A program made the translations under genes and the position numbers. Below are positions 49,814-62,015 of a stretch of DNA of 64,000 nucleotides, in pieces. Below the pieces are notes generated by a model, which saw only the letters and a program-made list of their open reading frames with translations, searched no databases and was not told the origin of the DNA. The stretch is from NCBI RefSeq assembly GCF_000737315.1, contig NZ_JMCB01000001.1, positions 558,001 through 622,000 of the forward strand, given 5' to 3'. Position 1 is the stretch's first letter, and each line of letters begins with the position of its first letter. This DNA comes from Hyalangium minutum. Lineage in GTDB: Bacteria > Myxococcota > Myxococcia > Myxococcales > Myxococcaceae.

Positions 49814-50689
49814 ATGGGCTTCTTCGATGGTCTCTTCGGAATGCAGAAGGTGCCCGTGATGGCTCGGCGCGAGAGGCCGTTGAGTCTCCAGCTTCTGTTC
49901 CCGAACAAGCTGTGCCTGCACGTCACCGCGCTGGCAGAGGGGCTCCGAGCGCTCCACCCCATGCTGGCCCAGGCCTGCTTCGAGCTGGACGCGCAAGCGA
50001 GCGCAGCCATGAACGCCGAGGTCGGCGTGGCCCGCTGGGGGAAGCATAAAGTGCAGGTGGTCCTCTTCGGCGTGCGGATGCCCCACACGGTGGTGGAGCA
50101 GTGCGTGGCTCCGGCCTACTACGGGGCCGAGCTGAAGACCCGGGCCCGCGAGCATACGGCGCATGCCCTGCTCTTCTACGTGGGAGAGGACCCGGACCCC
50201 TTGGAACAATACGTGGCGCTGGCGGTGCTGGCGGTGGCGTTGGCCAAGGAAGGGGCCCTGGTGGTGTTGAACGAGAGCGCCCATACCTCCTTCCCCACCC
50301 AACCGCTGGTCCCGGACAAGGGCGAGGACCTGCTGGAGCAGCTGCGGACCATCCCCCTCACGGCGCTCTACGTCGGTTTCGTGAAGCTGCAGGTGCCGAA
50401 GGCGGAGGGGGTGTGGATGCGGACCTACGGCGCTCAGAGGATGGGACTGCCGGATCTCGCCTGGCACGCCCAGAGCGACGCCGAGGCGTTTGACACCTTC
50501 CAGTTGTTCTCCGGCCTGCTGGAGTACCTGAGGGTCTCCGGGGCTCGCTTCGACGAGGGGCACACGGCGGAGTGGCAGCGGCGCCACGTGAGGATTCGAA
50601 AGCCCCGCTGGCGCGAGCGGAAGTTCCTCGGCCGCCCAGGGCAGCTCTTCGTGCTGGAGCCTCGAGAGCTCTCGAAGCGGGGGCGGTAG
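49814..50689 (+). CDS. DUF4261-like protein
   Basis: WMRTYGAQRMGLPDL...YL...F..GHT C-terminal pattern; start uncertain (49787 or 49814). Confidence 0.65.
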   Translation: MGFFDGLFGMQKVPVMARRERPLSLQLLFPNKLCLHVTALAEGLRALHPMLAQACFELDAQASAAMNAEVGVARWGKHKVQVVLFGVRMPHTVVEQCVAPAYYGAELKTRAREHTAHALLFYVGEDPDPLEQYVALAVLAVALAKEGALVVLNESAHTSFPTQPLVPDKGEDLLEQLRTIPLTALYVGFVKLQVPKAEGVWMRTYGAQRMGLPDLAWHAQSDAEAFDTFQLFSGLLEYLRVSGARFDEGHTAEWQRRHVRIRKPRWRERKFLGRPGQLFVLEPRELSKRGR

Positions 50690-50962
50690 CTACAGCGGCT
50701 CGCCGGGGACGAGGATGCCCCCCGCCACGAAGAACACAGCGACGGTGCCGAGCATGGCCCAGGCGCTGTCGAACCGGCGCCCCACCAGGAAGCCCACCCC
50801 GAGCGCTATCAGCGGCATGAAGAGCAGCACCAGGGCCCGCGCCAGCGAGAGGATCAGCTGGAGCCACAGCCCAGGCTGGCGCTCGCCCTCCTCCATCACC
50901 GGGAGGGGATCGCGCTCCGGCAGCTCCCGCTCCGGTACGAAGTCCACCCGGGAGAGCTTCAT
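50690..50962 (-). CDS. Small two-TM membrane protein
   Basis: MKLSRVDFV...; two hydrophobic helices; ATGA overlap with the upstream anti-sigma-like gene. Confidence 0.65.
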   Translation of the reverse strand: MKLSRVDFVPERELPERDPLPVMEEGERQPGLWLQLILSLARALVLLFMPLIALGVGFLVGRRFDSAWAMLGTVAVFFVAGGILVPGEPL

Positions 50963-51594
50963 CGGATCGCCCTCACCACGAAGGTCTCGTCGATGTGCCG
51001 CGCCTTCGAGGCGTGCGAGACGTTGAAGACGTAGTGCCCAGGCTCGTGGATCCGCACGCGCAGCGGCTCGGCGACCGAGCCCGCGTCCGTGCTGAACTTG
51101 TGCAGGCATCGCTCGCCCTCACAGCTCACGAGCTGCACCGCGGGCAGGTGCGAGGAGTGCTGGTGGAAGTCCAGCTCGGCGGGCGTCTCCAGCGTCACCT
51201 GGGCCATCCCCTCCGGGTGCCGGTCGACGGTCCACGGCAGCACCACCCAGCCCCCGCCTTCGGGAATATGGAAGGAGACCTCGCGCAGGGGCAGGGCCTC
51301 GCGCACCGCGTGGGCCTTGCCACCGGAGCTGGTGTGCTCCAACCCCACCGTGAGCAGCACGGCGGCCAGCGCGGCCCCCATCATCACCCACATTCCCCGC
51401 TGGGCACTCCCGCTGCGCGCCGGCTTGCGCGTGGCGCGCACTGAGGCCGTGCGCCGCTGGGCCTCGGCCGCTTGGAGCGCCGCGTGGAGGCGTGCCTGCT
51501 GGTGCGGTGAAGGCGCTTCGGTCCGGAACCCCGAGACAGCGAAGCGGACCTCGTCCGGCAGTGGGGGAAGGTTACGGTCGTCGTGCGAGCTCAC
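50959..51594 (-). CDS. Putative anti-sigma factor (single TM, His-rich extracytoplasmic domain)
   Basis: Overlaps the ECF stop; short N-terminal region, TM segment MWVMMGAALAAVLLTVGL, beta-rich C-terminal domain with about 11 His and a CxxxxC pair. Confidence 0.65.
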   Translation of the reverse strand: MSSHDDRNLPPLPDEVRFAVSGFRTEAPSPHQQARLHAALQAAEAQRRTASVRATRKPARSGSAQRGMWVMMGAALAAVLLTVGLEHTSSGGKAHAVREALPLREVSFHIPEGGGWVVLPWTVDRHPEGMAQVTLETPAELDFHQHSSHLPAVQLVSCEGERCLHKFSTDAGSVAEPLRVRIHEPGHYVFNVSHASKARHIDETFVVRAIR

Positions 51595-52168
51595 GGACGT
51601 CCTCCTCTGCACGCACCTCGTGCGGCGGTTGAACCTGCAAGGCCTTGAAAGCAGCACTGAGCTGGGCGCGGCCCCGGAAGTGGCGGCTCTTCACCGTCCC
51701 CACCGGCACGCCCAGGATGGAGGAGGCCTCCTCGTAGCTCAGCTCCTCCACATCACACAGCAACACCACCAGCCGGAACTTCTCGGGCAGCGTGTGCAGG
51801 CACCGCAGCAGCAGCGCCCTCTGCTCCGAGTTCCCCACCATCGCCTCGGGATCCGGCTGCTCGGCCCCTCCGGTGAAGAGCGAGCCCAGCACCGAGGAAG
51901 CCCCCTCGAGCACCGTCTCTAATAAGGAGCGGCGCCGCGCCACCGCGCGCCGGTTCTCCACGAACTGGTTGCGGATGATGCCGTACAGCCACCCCAGCAG
52001 CGCGCCCCGCCCTTGGAAGGAGTCCCGGTGCAGGAACGCCCTCACCAGTGAGTCCTGGAGCAGATCCTCCGCCTCCTGCCGCTCCCGGCACAGCGTCAGG
52101 CAGAACCGGTGCAACTGAGGGAGCAACGGGCCCAGCTCGGCCTCGAAGCGCTTGCGGCTCTCAGTCAC
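51572..52168 (-). CDS. ECF RNA polymerase sigma factor
   Basis: EAEDLLQDSLVRAF, GWLYGIIRN, LPEKFRLVVLL, SYEEASSILGVPVGTVKSR. Confidence 0.92.
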   Translation of the reverse strand: MTESRKRFEAELGPLLPQLHRFCLTLCRERQEAEDLLQDSLVRAFLHRDSFQGRGALLGWLYGIIRNQFVENRRAVARRRSLLETVLEGASSVLGSLFTGGAEQPDPEAMVGNSEQRALLLRCLHTLPEKFRLVVLLCDVEELSYEEASSILGVPVGTVKSRHFRGRAQLSAAFKALQVQPPHEVRAEEDVRELARRP

Positions 52169-52273
52169 CGGCGACCCCTCGCCTGCTCCCGTGCAGGGGG
52201 AGCCCTTGGAGGCGATGGCATTTCCCGCACGCATCCCAATCCTCTCGCCTCTGCATCAACCCGTCCTCCTCTG

Positions 52274-52299
52274 GATGGAATGAAGGTGAATCCAGTTCC
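52274..52299 (-). promoter_or_regulatory. ECF-type promoter facing the ECF sigma gene
   Basis: Minus strand GGAACT-GGATTCACCTTCATTC(16)-CATC. Confidence 0.6.
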
Positions 52300-52389
52300 C
52301 GGGGTTTTTCTTTCTTTCTTGGCCGGTGGGGCTCGCCGCCACTCAAAGGCTCGTCCGGCCGATTGTTGGATAACCAAGTAATTCAGGTG

Positions 52390-52415
52390 GGAACCGGAAA
52401 AATCCTCGTTCCGTC
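52390..52415 (+). promoter_or_regulatory. ECF-type promoter facing the SulP-DAB operon
   Basis: GGAACC-GGAAAAATCCTCGTTC(16)-CGTC; classic GGAAC-N16/17-CGTC architecture. Confidence 0.65.
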
Positions 52416-52493
52416 TCCCCCTCATTCCCGAGCAGGCGTGCCGGTGATTCTTCGGCCCCGTACTTGCTCACACGTGTGTGGAGGTAGAGCCTC

Positions 52494-54134
52494 ATGCAGT
52501 CCCCCACTGTTTCCGCGTCCCCGGCTGACACGGCGGCGCCCTCCTGGAAGAGCGACATCGTCTCCGGGTTCCTGGTCTTCCTCATCGCCATGCCGCTGTG
52601 CCTCGGCATCGCCATGGCGAGCGGCTTCCCGCCCGTGGCCGGCATCCTCACCGCCGTGGTGGGCGGCGTCATCTCCACCTGGCTGGGCAGCGCCCGGCTC
52701 ACCATCAAGGGCCCGGCGGCAGGATTGATTGCCATCGCCATTGGCGCGGTGCAGGAGCTGGGCGGCGGCGACATGAAGCTGGGGTACCGGCGCGCGCTGG
52801 CAGTCATTGCCGTGGCCGCGGTGGTGCAGATCCTCTTCGCGGTGCTGCGCTCGGGGAAGCTCGGGGACTTCTTCCCGTCCTCGGTGGTGCACGGGATGCT
52901 GGCGGCGATCGGCGTCATCATCTTCTCCAAGCAGGTGCACACCCTGCTGGGCGTCACGCCGCAGAGCAAGGCGCCGTTCGCGCTCCTGTCGGAGATTCCC
53001 CAAAGCGTGACGAAGGCCAACCCCGAGATCGCTCTCATCGGCATCGTCAGCCTGGTGCTGATCTTCGGACACATGCTGCTCAGCAAGAAGGTGGCGGTGC
53101 TCAAGCGCATCCCGGCGCCGCTGCTGGTGCTGGTGGCCGCCGTGCCCCTGGGCCTCCTCTTCGACTTGGACCATGAGCACACGTTCACCTGGTCACAGAG
53201 CGCCTACACCGTGGGCCCCAACTTCCTGGTGAACCTGCCGGGCAACCTGCTGTCGGCCATCACCTTCCCGGACTTCTCGGACGTCTTCTCGGGGGTGTCG
53301 CTCAAGTACGTGGCCATGTTCGCGCTGGTGGGCAGCATCGAGTCGCTGCTGAGCGCCAAGGCCGTGGACATGCTGGATCCGCAGAAGCGCCGCTCGGACC
53401 TGGACAAGGACCTGCTGGCCACCGGCGTGGGCAACCTCATTTGCGGCATCTTCGGCGGCCTGCCGATGATCTCCGAGATCGTCCGCAGCTCGGCCAACAT
53501 CAACTACGGGGCCAAGAGCAAGCTCTCCAACTTCTTCCACGGCCTGTTCCTGCTGCTGTTCGTGGCGTTCGCGCCGATGCTGATTCACCGCATCCCGCTG
53601 GCCGCGCTGGCCGCCATGCTGATCTTCACGGGCGTGCGCCTGGCGTCCCCGAGCGAGTTCGTGAAGACGTTCCGCATCGGCGCCGAGCAGCTGGTCATCT
53701 TCACCTTCACGCTGGTGGTGACGCTGGCCACGGACCTGCTGGTGGGCGTGGCGGCGGGTATCGCGCTGAAGACGGTGGTGCACCTGTTCAACGGCGCGCC
53801 GCTGCGCAGCCTGTTCAAGCCGGAGATCGAGACGCACCACGCCGACGGGCGCGTGGTGCTGCGCGTGAAGCACGCGGCGGTCTTCACCAACTACCTCACC
53901 ATCAAGAAGCACCTGCTGCAGCAGGCGGACGCCAAGTACGTGGAGTTGGACTTGTCGCACGCACGGCTGGTGGACCACACGACGATGGAGCGGCTGCACG
54001 AGCTGGAGCACGAGTTCTCCCAGCAGGGCCGCCACTTCCGCCTCCTGGGGCTCGAGCAGCACCGGAGCCTCTCCGAGCACCCGCTGTCCGCCCGCAAGAA
54101 GCCGGTGGACGCGGACCTCGGCCTCACGAACTGA
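52494..54134 (+). CDS. SulP/SLC26 family anion (probably bicarbonate) transporter with STAS-like tail
   Basis: GFLVFLIAMPLCLGIAMASG, IKGPAAGL, GSIESLLS, GGLPMISEIVRSSAN. Confidence 0.92.
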   Translation: MQSPTVSASPADTAAPSWKSDIVSGFLVFLIAMPLCLGIAMASGFPPVAGILTAVVGGVISTWLGSARLTIKGPAAGLIAIAIGAVQELGGGDMKLGYRRALAVIAVAAVVQILFAVLRSGKLGDFFPSSVVHGMLAAIGVIIFSKQVHTLLGVTPQSKAPFALLSEIPQSVTKANPEIALIGIVSLVLIFGHMLLSKKVAVLKRIPAPLLVLVAAVPLGLLFDLDHEHTFTWSQSAYTVGPNFLVNLPGNLLSAITFPDFSDVFSGVSLKYVAMFALVGSIESLLSAKAVDMLDPQKRRSDLDKDLLATGVGNLICGIFGGLPMISEIVRSSANINYGAKSKLSNFFHGLFLLLFVAFAPMLIHRIPLAALAAMLIFTGVRLASPSEFVKTFRIGAEQLVIFTFTLVVTLATDLLVGVAAGIALKTVVHLFNGAPLRSLFKPEIETHHADGRVVLRVKHAAVFTNYLTIKKHLLQQADAKYVELDLSHARLVDHTTMERLHELEHEFSQQGRHFRLLGLEQHRSLSEHPLSARKKPVDADLGLTN

Positions 54135-54158
54135 GAAGGACCCACTGAGCTGGACACC

Positions 54159-57100
54159 ATGAGCCATCCGCATCACATCGCAGAGCATGTCCCCACGGGC
54201 GAGCGCGGCCAGCGGCTGAGCCAGGTACTGGCCCACGCGGCCCACCTGCTGCCAATCCAGGGCCCCATTGGCGTGTTCGTGCACCACAACACGCTGCATG
54301 CCTTCCAGCACCTGCCCTTCCACGAGGCGCTGGCCGCGGCGGGCGCGACCTTTGGCACCGAGTCCTATCTGCCGGAGTCGCGCTACCGCGAGCTGTACCA
54401 GCAGGGGCGCATCACCGATGCGGATCTCGACGCCGCGCTGTCCGAGCGCGACTCGAGCGAGCCCGTGGTGGAGCTGGCCCCGGGCCCGCTCTCCCGGCTG
54501 GAGCTGGAGCGGGTGGCGCTGCTCCACCCGCTGCACGCGGAGTCGGCGGCCTCGCTGCGCTGGCGCATGGCCGAGCTGGCTGCCTCGCAGCGGCTGCGCG
54601 CGGACCTTCCCGCCGCCACGCGCTCGCGCATCCTCCAGCGCTCCACCGAGGGCGTGCGCGCGTGGATGGGCCGCGTGGGCCTGGACTGGACGATGGCGGA
54701 CCTGGCCAAGGCCCTGCTGGGCAGCGTGCCCGAGGGGAGCACCCCGGAGCAGGCGCTGGCGGCGGCCTTCGGCGGTGACGGCAGCCTGCCCTCGCTGCAA
54801 GAGCGGCTGGACCGCCATCCCGAGGCCTTCGCGGTGAGCGCACTGTGGGCCACCTGCCGCACGCCCCTGCTCCAGGTGAAGCCCCAGGCTCTCGCGGACA
54901 CGCACGAGCAGGTGCGCAGCCACCGTGAGGTGCTGCGCGAGGTGACGGGCGAGGACGTGTCGGATCTGGTCCACCCGCACCTGATTCGCGCGTGCGCGGC
55001 CTACCTGGACCTGGGGGTGGCGCACTGGACCATGCCCGACCGCGATCGCGGCTTCTACTTCGCCTGGCGCGCCATGAAGGTGCGCGGCAGCGGCGTGCTG
55101 CCCCGGTGGCTCCACGGCCTGGAGGAGGAGCTGGCCCAGTCCGAGGCCCGCAACCTCTCCGCGATGGATGGGGTGCTGGCGGCGCTCGATGAGCTGGGCG
55201 TCCCCGAGCACCAGTGGGAGGCCGTCATCACCCGCGTGCTGCTCGCGCTGCCGGGCTGGGCGGGGATGATGAGCCGGCTGGAGAACAACCCGCTGGATCG
55301 CCCCACGGGCTCGCCTCCGGCCTCGTTGATGGACTTCCTGGCCGTGCGGCTGACACTGGAGCGCTTCGCCCTGCGCGACGTGGCCCGGCGGCGGCTGAAC
55401 TACACCGGCCCGCTGGCGGGGCTCATGGAGCACGCCCGGCGCTCGGCGCCGCAGCACGCTCCCGCGGTGGAGCGCCCCGTGGAGGAGGGCAGCTGGCGCC
55501 TCTTCCAGTTCCTGCAACTCGCGGGGCTGACGGCCATGGAGGTGGCGGACTTCCCGGAGCCCCGGCGCCAGGCCCTGCTCTCGTGGCTCGAGGCCTTCGA
55601 CGGCACGGCCCGCCGCAGGGTGTGGCAGGAGGCCTATGAGCACCATTACCGCATGGAGGTGCTCCAGGGCGTGGCGCAGAACCGGCGCCGCCCGGACGAG
55701 CTGCGTCAGGTGAAGGACGCGCGTTTCCAGGTGCTCTTCTGCATCGACGACCGCGAGGAGGGCATCCGCCGTCACATCGAGGAACTCAGCCCTCGGCACG
55801 AGACGTTCGGCGTGGCGGGCTTCTTCGGCGTGGCGGTGGACTACCGGGGCCTGGATGACGCGAACAGCGCCTTCCTCTGCCCGGTGGTCGTCACGCCCAA
55901 GCACCAAATCCTCGAGCAGCCACACCCGGAGCACGGGCACGTGGCCCAGTCCCGCGCAAAGCTACGCGCCTTGTGGGGCCACTTCGATCATTGGCTGCAC
56001 AACGGCTCGCACTCGCTGGAGCTCGGCTGGCTGCTGACGCCGCTGCTGGGCCTGCTCTCCGCAGCGCTGCTGCCGCTGCACCTGCTCTTCCCGCGTACGG
56101 TGGACCGAGCGCGCCGCGCGCTGTCCCGGAAGATGCTGCCCGCCCCGCGCACGGTGCTGACCACCGTGCGCGCGGACGATCTGCCCATCACCGAGGGCCT
56201 GCGGCCCACGGGCTTCACGGTGGCCGAGCAGGCCGACCGCGTGGCCGCCACGCTGGAGAACGTGGGGCTGGTGAAGAACTTCGCCCCGCTGGTGGTGCTG
56301 CTGGGCCATGGCGCGATCAGCGTCAACAACCCGCACCAGTCCGCCTATGACTGCGGCGCCTGCGGAGGCCGGCATGGTGGCCCCAACGCGCGCCTCTTCG
56401 CGGAGATGGCCAACCGGCCCGAGGTCCGCGCCCGGCTGCGCACGCGCGGCATCGACATCCCGGACACCACCTACTTCCTGGGCGGCCTGCACAACACCAC
56501 CACGGACGAGGTGCTGCTCTCCGACACGGAGCTGCTCCCGGAGTCGCTGAAGGGCGAGCTGGCGGCGTTCCAGCAGATGATGGACCGGGCGCGGATGCTC
56601 TCCGCGCACGAGCGCTGCCGCCGCTTCGAGTCCGCGCCGCTCTCCCTCACGCCCGCCGCCGCGCTGCGGCATGTGGAGGAGCGCGCGGTGGACCTGAGCC
56701 AGGCCCGGCCAGAGCTCGGCCACGTCACCAACGCGGCCTGCATCGTGGGCCGCCGCTCGCTGACGCGGGGACTCTTCCTGGATCGGCGCTCGTTCCTCGT
56801 CTCGTATGACCCGGCCATCGACGCCACGGGCTCCATCCTGGAGCGCATCCTGGCAGCGGTGGGCCCGGTGGGTGCCGGTATCAACCTGGAGTACTACTTC
56901 TCCTGCGTCGACAACGACCGCTACGGGTGTGGCACCAAGCTGCCGCACAACCTCACCGGCCTGCTCGGGGTGATGGACGGTGTGGAGAGCGACCTGCGCA
57001 CAGGCCTGCCCCGGCAGATGATCGAGATCCACGAGCCGGTTCGCCTGCTCATCATCGTGGAGGCGAGCGTGGCGACGCTCGGCGGTATCTACGAGCGCCA

Positions 57101-57360
57101 GCGTGAGCTGCGCGAGCTGATTGGCAATGGCTGGGTGCAGTTGGTGAGTGTGGATCCCGACACAGGCGTGATGCAGCGCTTCACGCCACGCGGGTTCCAG
57201 ACCGTCACTCCGGCCGAGGCGCCGCTGCCGGTGGTCGCCACGTCGCCCGAGTGGTACGGCGGGCAGCGGGACTTCCTGTCGCCGGCGTTGATCGACTCCA
57301 CCTTGGTGCCCCCCGCGAACCAGCGCCGGGCGCCCTCTCTCCGTGCTGGGGGTTCTGTCC

Positions 57361-57374
<14 letters not shown>
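54159..57374 (+). CDS. dabA: DUF2309/UPF0753 protein, soluble beta-carbonic-anhydrase-like subunit of the DAB inorganic carbon pump
   Basis: FVHHNTLHAFQHLPF, Zn ligands FCIDDREE (C,D), LGHG (H), YDCGACGG (C); GINLEYYFS, HEPVRL. Confidence 0.9.
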
Positions 57375-58779
<1,405 letters not shown>

Positions 58780-58784
58780 CGCAG

Positions 58785-60302
58785 ATGAGCTCTCTTCCTC
58801 TTCTCTCGATGCTCGTGGTGCTGCCGGCGCTGGGCGCCGTGGCGCTCCGGTGGGTCCGTCGGCCGGGCCATGCCCGTCAGTTGGCGCTCGGAGTGACGGC
58901 GCTCACCCTGGCTCTGGCCGGTGTGGCGATCGGGCTCTTCCGGAACGGCGAGGCCGGTCCCCAGCTCGTCAACGCATGGGGCTTGGTGCCGCTGCTGAGT
59001 ATGGATCTCCAGTTGGGCGTGGATGGAGCCAGCGTGGTGGCGCTGTCCCTTACCGCGCTGCTCACCCTGGGCCTGGTGGCCGCGGGGCCCCGGCAGTTGC
59101 TGGATCGGCGTACGCTGGCGGTGCTGCTGCTCACCGAGAGCGCCACGCTGGGCTTCTTCTGCGCGCAGGACCTGGCGCTGCTCACCGTCTTCTGGGTGGC
59201 CACGCTGGTGCCGGCCTGGGTGCTCGTCTCCCAGAGCGCGCGGGCGAAGCCGGAGTCCCGGGCCGTGCTGACCTTCCGGGCATACATGATCGCCGGCACC
59301 TTGCCGCTGCTGGTGGTGACGGTGCTGGTGGGCATGCTGGGCTCGCGCGCGGGCGCTGAGGCGCCGTTCTCGCTGACGGCGCTGGCCGCTCGCGGAGTGC
59401 CGGGCTCGTGGCAGACGGCGCTCTTCGGACTGCTGCTGCTGGCGGCGGCCGTGCGGATGGCGGTGGTGCCCTTCCACTCGTGGCTGCCGGTGCTGATGGC
59501 GCGCGGGCCGTTCGGGCTGAGCCTGCTGCTGGTGAACGTGCACGCGGGGCTGTTCCTGCTGGTGCGGGTGGCCATTCCCCTGCTGCCGGAGGCGTGGGCC
59601 TCGGGCGAGACGATGCTCACGGCGGTGGGCCTGTTCAGCGGGCTCTACGGCGCGGTGCTGGCGCTGGCGCAGGTGGATCTGCGCCGCACGGTGGGCTTCC
59701 TGCTGGTGAGCCAGTCCGGGCTCATGCTCGCGGGGCTGGCGACGATGAACACCCAGAGCGTGGCGGGCGTGCTGCTGCAGAGCGTGGCGACTGGCGTGGC
59801 GCTGACGGGGCTCAAGCTGGTGGTGGAGGTGCTCGGGGCGCGCACGGGGACCACGGACATGACGCGGCTGGGCGGCCTGGTCCGCAAGGCGCCGCGCATG
59901 GCGGCCTTCTTCTTCCTGCTGGGCTTCGCGAGCCTGGGCTTCCCCGGGACGCTGAGCTTCGTGGGCGAGGACTTGCTGCTCCACGGCGTGCTGGAGGCCC
60001 ACCCATTGGTGGCGCTGCCCATGCTGCTCACCACGGCCATCTGCGCCATCACCCTCTTCCGGGCTTTCCAGAAGACGTTCCTGGGAGGGCTGAACCCGGA
60101 GCAGAAGCTGCTGCTCGAGACGGTGGAGGACTTGCTGCCTCGCGAGCGCGTCGCAGCCCTGGGCCTGTTCGCCCTGGTGTTCGTGGGCGGGCTGCTGCCG
60201 GGTCCCCTCCTCCGGATGCGAGAGCACACGGTGGACTCGATGGTGGATCGCGTGGCCGCCGTCCGGGGCACTCCCGCCTCGGCGCACTCCGAGGCCCCCT
60301 GA
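58785..60302 (+). CDS. NuoM/ND4-like membrane subunit (second antiporter-like subunit of the operon)
   Basis: LGVDGAS, PFHSWLP, DLRRTVG, RLGGL, LASLGFPGTLSFVGE. Confidence 0.85.
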   Translation: MSSLPLLSMLVVLPALGAVALRWVRRPGHARQLALGVTALTLALAGVAIGLFRNGEAGPQLVNAWGLVPLLSMDLQLGVDGASVVALSLTALLTLGLVAAGPRQLLDRRTLAVLLLTESATLGFFCAQDLALLTVFWVATLVPAWVLVSQSARAKPESRAVLTFRAYMIAGTLPLLVVTVLVGMLGSRAGAEAPFSLTALAARGVPGSWQTALFGLLLLAAAVRMAVVPFHSWLPVLMARGPFGLSLLLVNVHAGLFLLVRVAIPLLPEAWASGETMLTAVGLFSGLYGAVLALAQVDLRRTVGFLLVSQSGLMLAGLATMNTQSVAGVLLQSVATGVALTGLKLVVEVLGARTGTTDMTRLGGLVRKAPRMAAFFFLLGFASLGFPGTLSFVGEDLLLHGVLEAHPLVALPMLLTTAICAITLFRAFQKTFLGGLNPEQKLLLETVEDLLPRERVAALGLFALVFVGGLLPGPLLRMREHTVDSMVDRVAAVRGTPASAHSEAP

Positions 60303-60310
60303 GTGATTCC

Positions 60311-60565
60311 GTGGCGTCGCTGACCCACACCCTTCAGCTCTTCATCCGCATGTACGGCCCCCATGCAGCGCGCGAAGATACGGTCCTCTTCCCTGCACTG
60401 CGGCAGATCGTCTCTGCCAACGAGTACGACGCGCTGGGCGAGGACTTCGAGCGAAAGGAACACGAGTTGTTCGGCGCGGACGGCTTCGAGGGGGTGGTGG
60501 AGGAAGTCGCCACGCTTGAGAAAGCCCTGGGAATCTACGAACTGTCCACCTTCACGCCCCGATGA
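60311..60565 (+). pseudogene. C-terminal fragment of a hemerythrin-domain protein
   Basis: LFIRMYGPHAAREDTVLFPAL...EHELFGADGF...LEKALGI; N-terminal iron-ligand helices missing. Confidence 0.7.
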
Positions 60566-60677
60566 CACAGCTCCACCGCGTAGGCGTCCGCCCGGTCATC
60601 GCGCGCGTGGCCACCCTCCTGGGCGGTTTCTAGCTGCCGAGGTTCCAATCCTCACGAAAGATTGCACCCCGACCGAC

Positions 60678-61781
60678 CTACTTCATCCGTTCCAGCGCGG
60701 CGCGATCCAAGAAGATGGTTCTGGGATGCTCGGGTGTTGGATGGGTCGTCAACAGCGTCGCGAGGTCGGAGCGGATGGACGTGGTCTCGAGGGTGAAGAG
60801 AATGGGCGAGAGGGCGGGATCATCTCCCTCAATGACCACCAACCGCCCCCCTTCCATGAGAGGCAGGAGCACTGCGTACTCGTACTGAAGGTGGTCCGCG
60901 CGCCCAAACGCTTTTGAGAGTTCTACGCGGGGAAGAACTCCGTTCGTAAGGACCACCGCGCGCTGATTGTACGTCGAAGAGATAGCCACATGGCCGCGCC
61001 GCACCCGGGCGGTGATGATGTTAGTGACTCTCTCCCGCTGCGGCAGCGCCTTGTCTGGGATGCTGGGTGTGGGGCTCTCGACCCCAAAGGCCCTGAAGTC
61101 GGGCCGGTAGGGCATATAAAGAATATCTGGTTGCCAGGTGACCTCTCCGCCCCCGGTGGCGGCTCCGATGAAGCAGCCACCGACGGAGTGCTTGATCAAG
61201 TCGGTGTACAGGGCTTCGCCGTTCATGACCGCCAGCATCGCCACCAGGAACTTCTCGGCTGACGGGTTGTCCAGCCCCCTGAGGTTCTGGATGGCGGGGA
61301 CGAGGCGCTGCGTAAGTGGTGCATCCTGGCCGCTGCCGCGAACGATGATCCCCATGGGAGGAATCGGATGGAAAGTCCTCTCTGGGTAAGAAAAGCCAAA
61401 GAGGCAAGGCGCCTCGCCCGGCGCCGACAGGGCGATGACAGCCTCGAAGGTGTCATTGCCCCCATCCCATTCACGCAGTGCTTCAATGGCAGCCTGCAGG
61501 TTCGTCTGGGGGTCCGCGAGGTGCTGCTCCGCCAGGCTGAACAGATGACGCGCGAATGCCCTGGCGCCTCGAGTGTTCCCTAACAGGGCGACCAACGCCC
61601 CCGGACCTATCTCCACCACCTTCTGTGCCCGCTCCTCGACAACAGGCCCCCGCTCGTCCTGGCGCTGAACCTGACCCAGACTGGAGACCTCCGCCTCCGG
61701 CGGGCCCAGTCGGTGCGTTTCGGCGGAATCCGCAATCATGTAGGCATGCGTTGAGTCCGTCCACGCAAGCACAAGGGTCAT
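60678..61781 (-). CDS. Divergent Ntn-hydrolase / proteasome-beta (HslV/Anbu-like) protein
   Basis: M-T1LVLAW...AYMIA-D17-S, later QK, ALLGN and RGSG; lower GC3 than neighbours. Confidence 0.6.
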   Translation of the reverse strand: MTLVLAWTDSTHAYMIADSAETHRLGPPEAEVSSLGQVQRQDERGPVVEERAQKVVEIGPGALVALLGNTRGARAFARHLFSLAEQHLADPQTNLQAAIEALREWDGGNDTFEAVIALSAPGEAPCLFGFSYPERTFHPIPPMGIIVRGSGQDAPLTQRLVPAIQNLRGLDNPSAEKFLVAMLAVMNGEALYTDLIKHSVGGCFIGAATGGGEVTWQPDILYMPYRPDFRAFGVESPTPSIPDKALPQRERVTNIITARVRRGHVAISSTYNQRAVVLTNGVLPRVELSKAFGRADHLQYEYAVLLPLMEGGRLVVIEGDDPALSPILFTLETTSIRSDLATLLTTHPTPEHPRTIFLDRAALERMK

Positions 61782-62015
61782 GAAGGCGATATCTGAGTCT
61801 GAGCGTTGGACAAAGTCCAGAGACTCCTGGCGCGGTCCGGGCAGAGTTGCTGCGCGCCCACCCCCACCACTCTGAGCCTCCTCAGCGTCAAGGTGTGCGG
61901 GCATACTCCAGAACGGCCAGCCTTCCCCACTGCACTAACGCACTCCTGCGGGCCTACGAACGCTTCCCGGAGATCGGCGGGCGCTCTGCCCTTTGAAAGT
62001 CTTGCACCGCCCGGC

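Noticed and set aside
59408-60565. 385-aa ORF overlapping the NuoM-like gene
   Set aside because: The first ~300 codons are an off-frame shadow; only the last ~84 codons are a hemerythrin remnant
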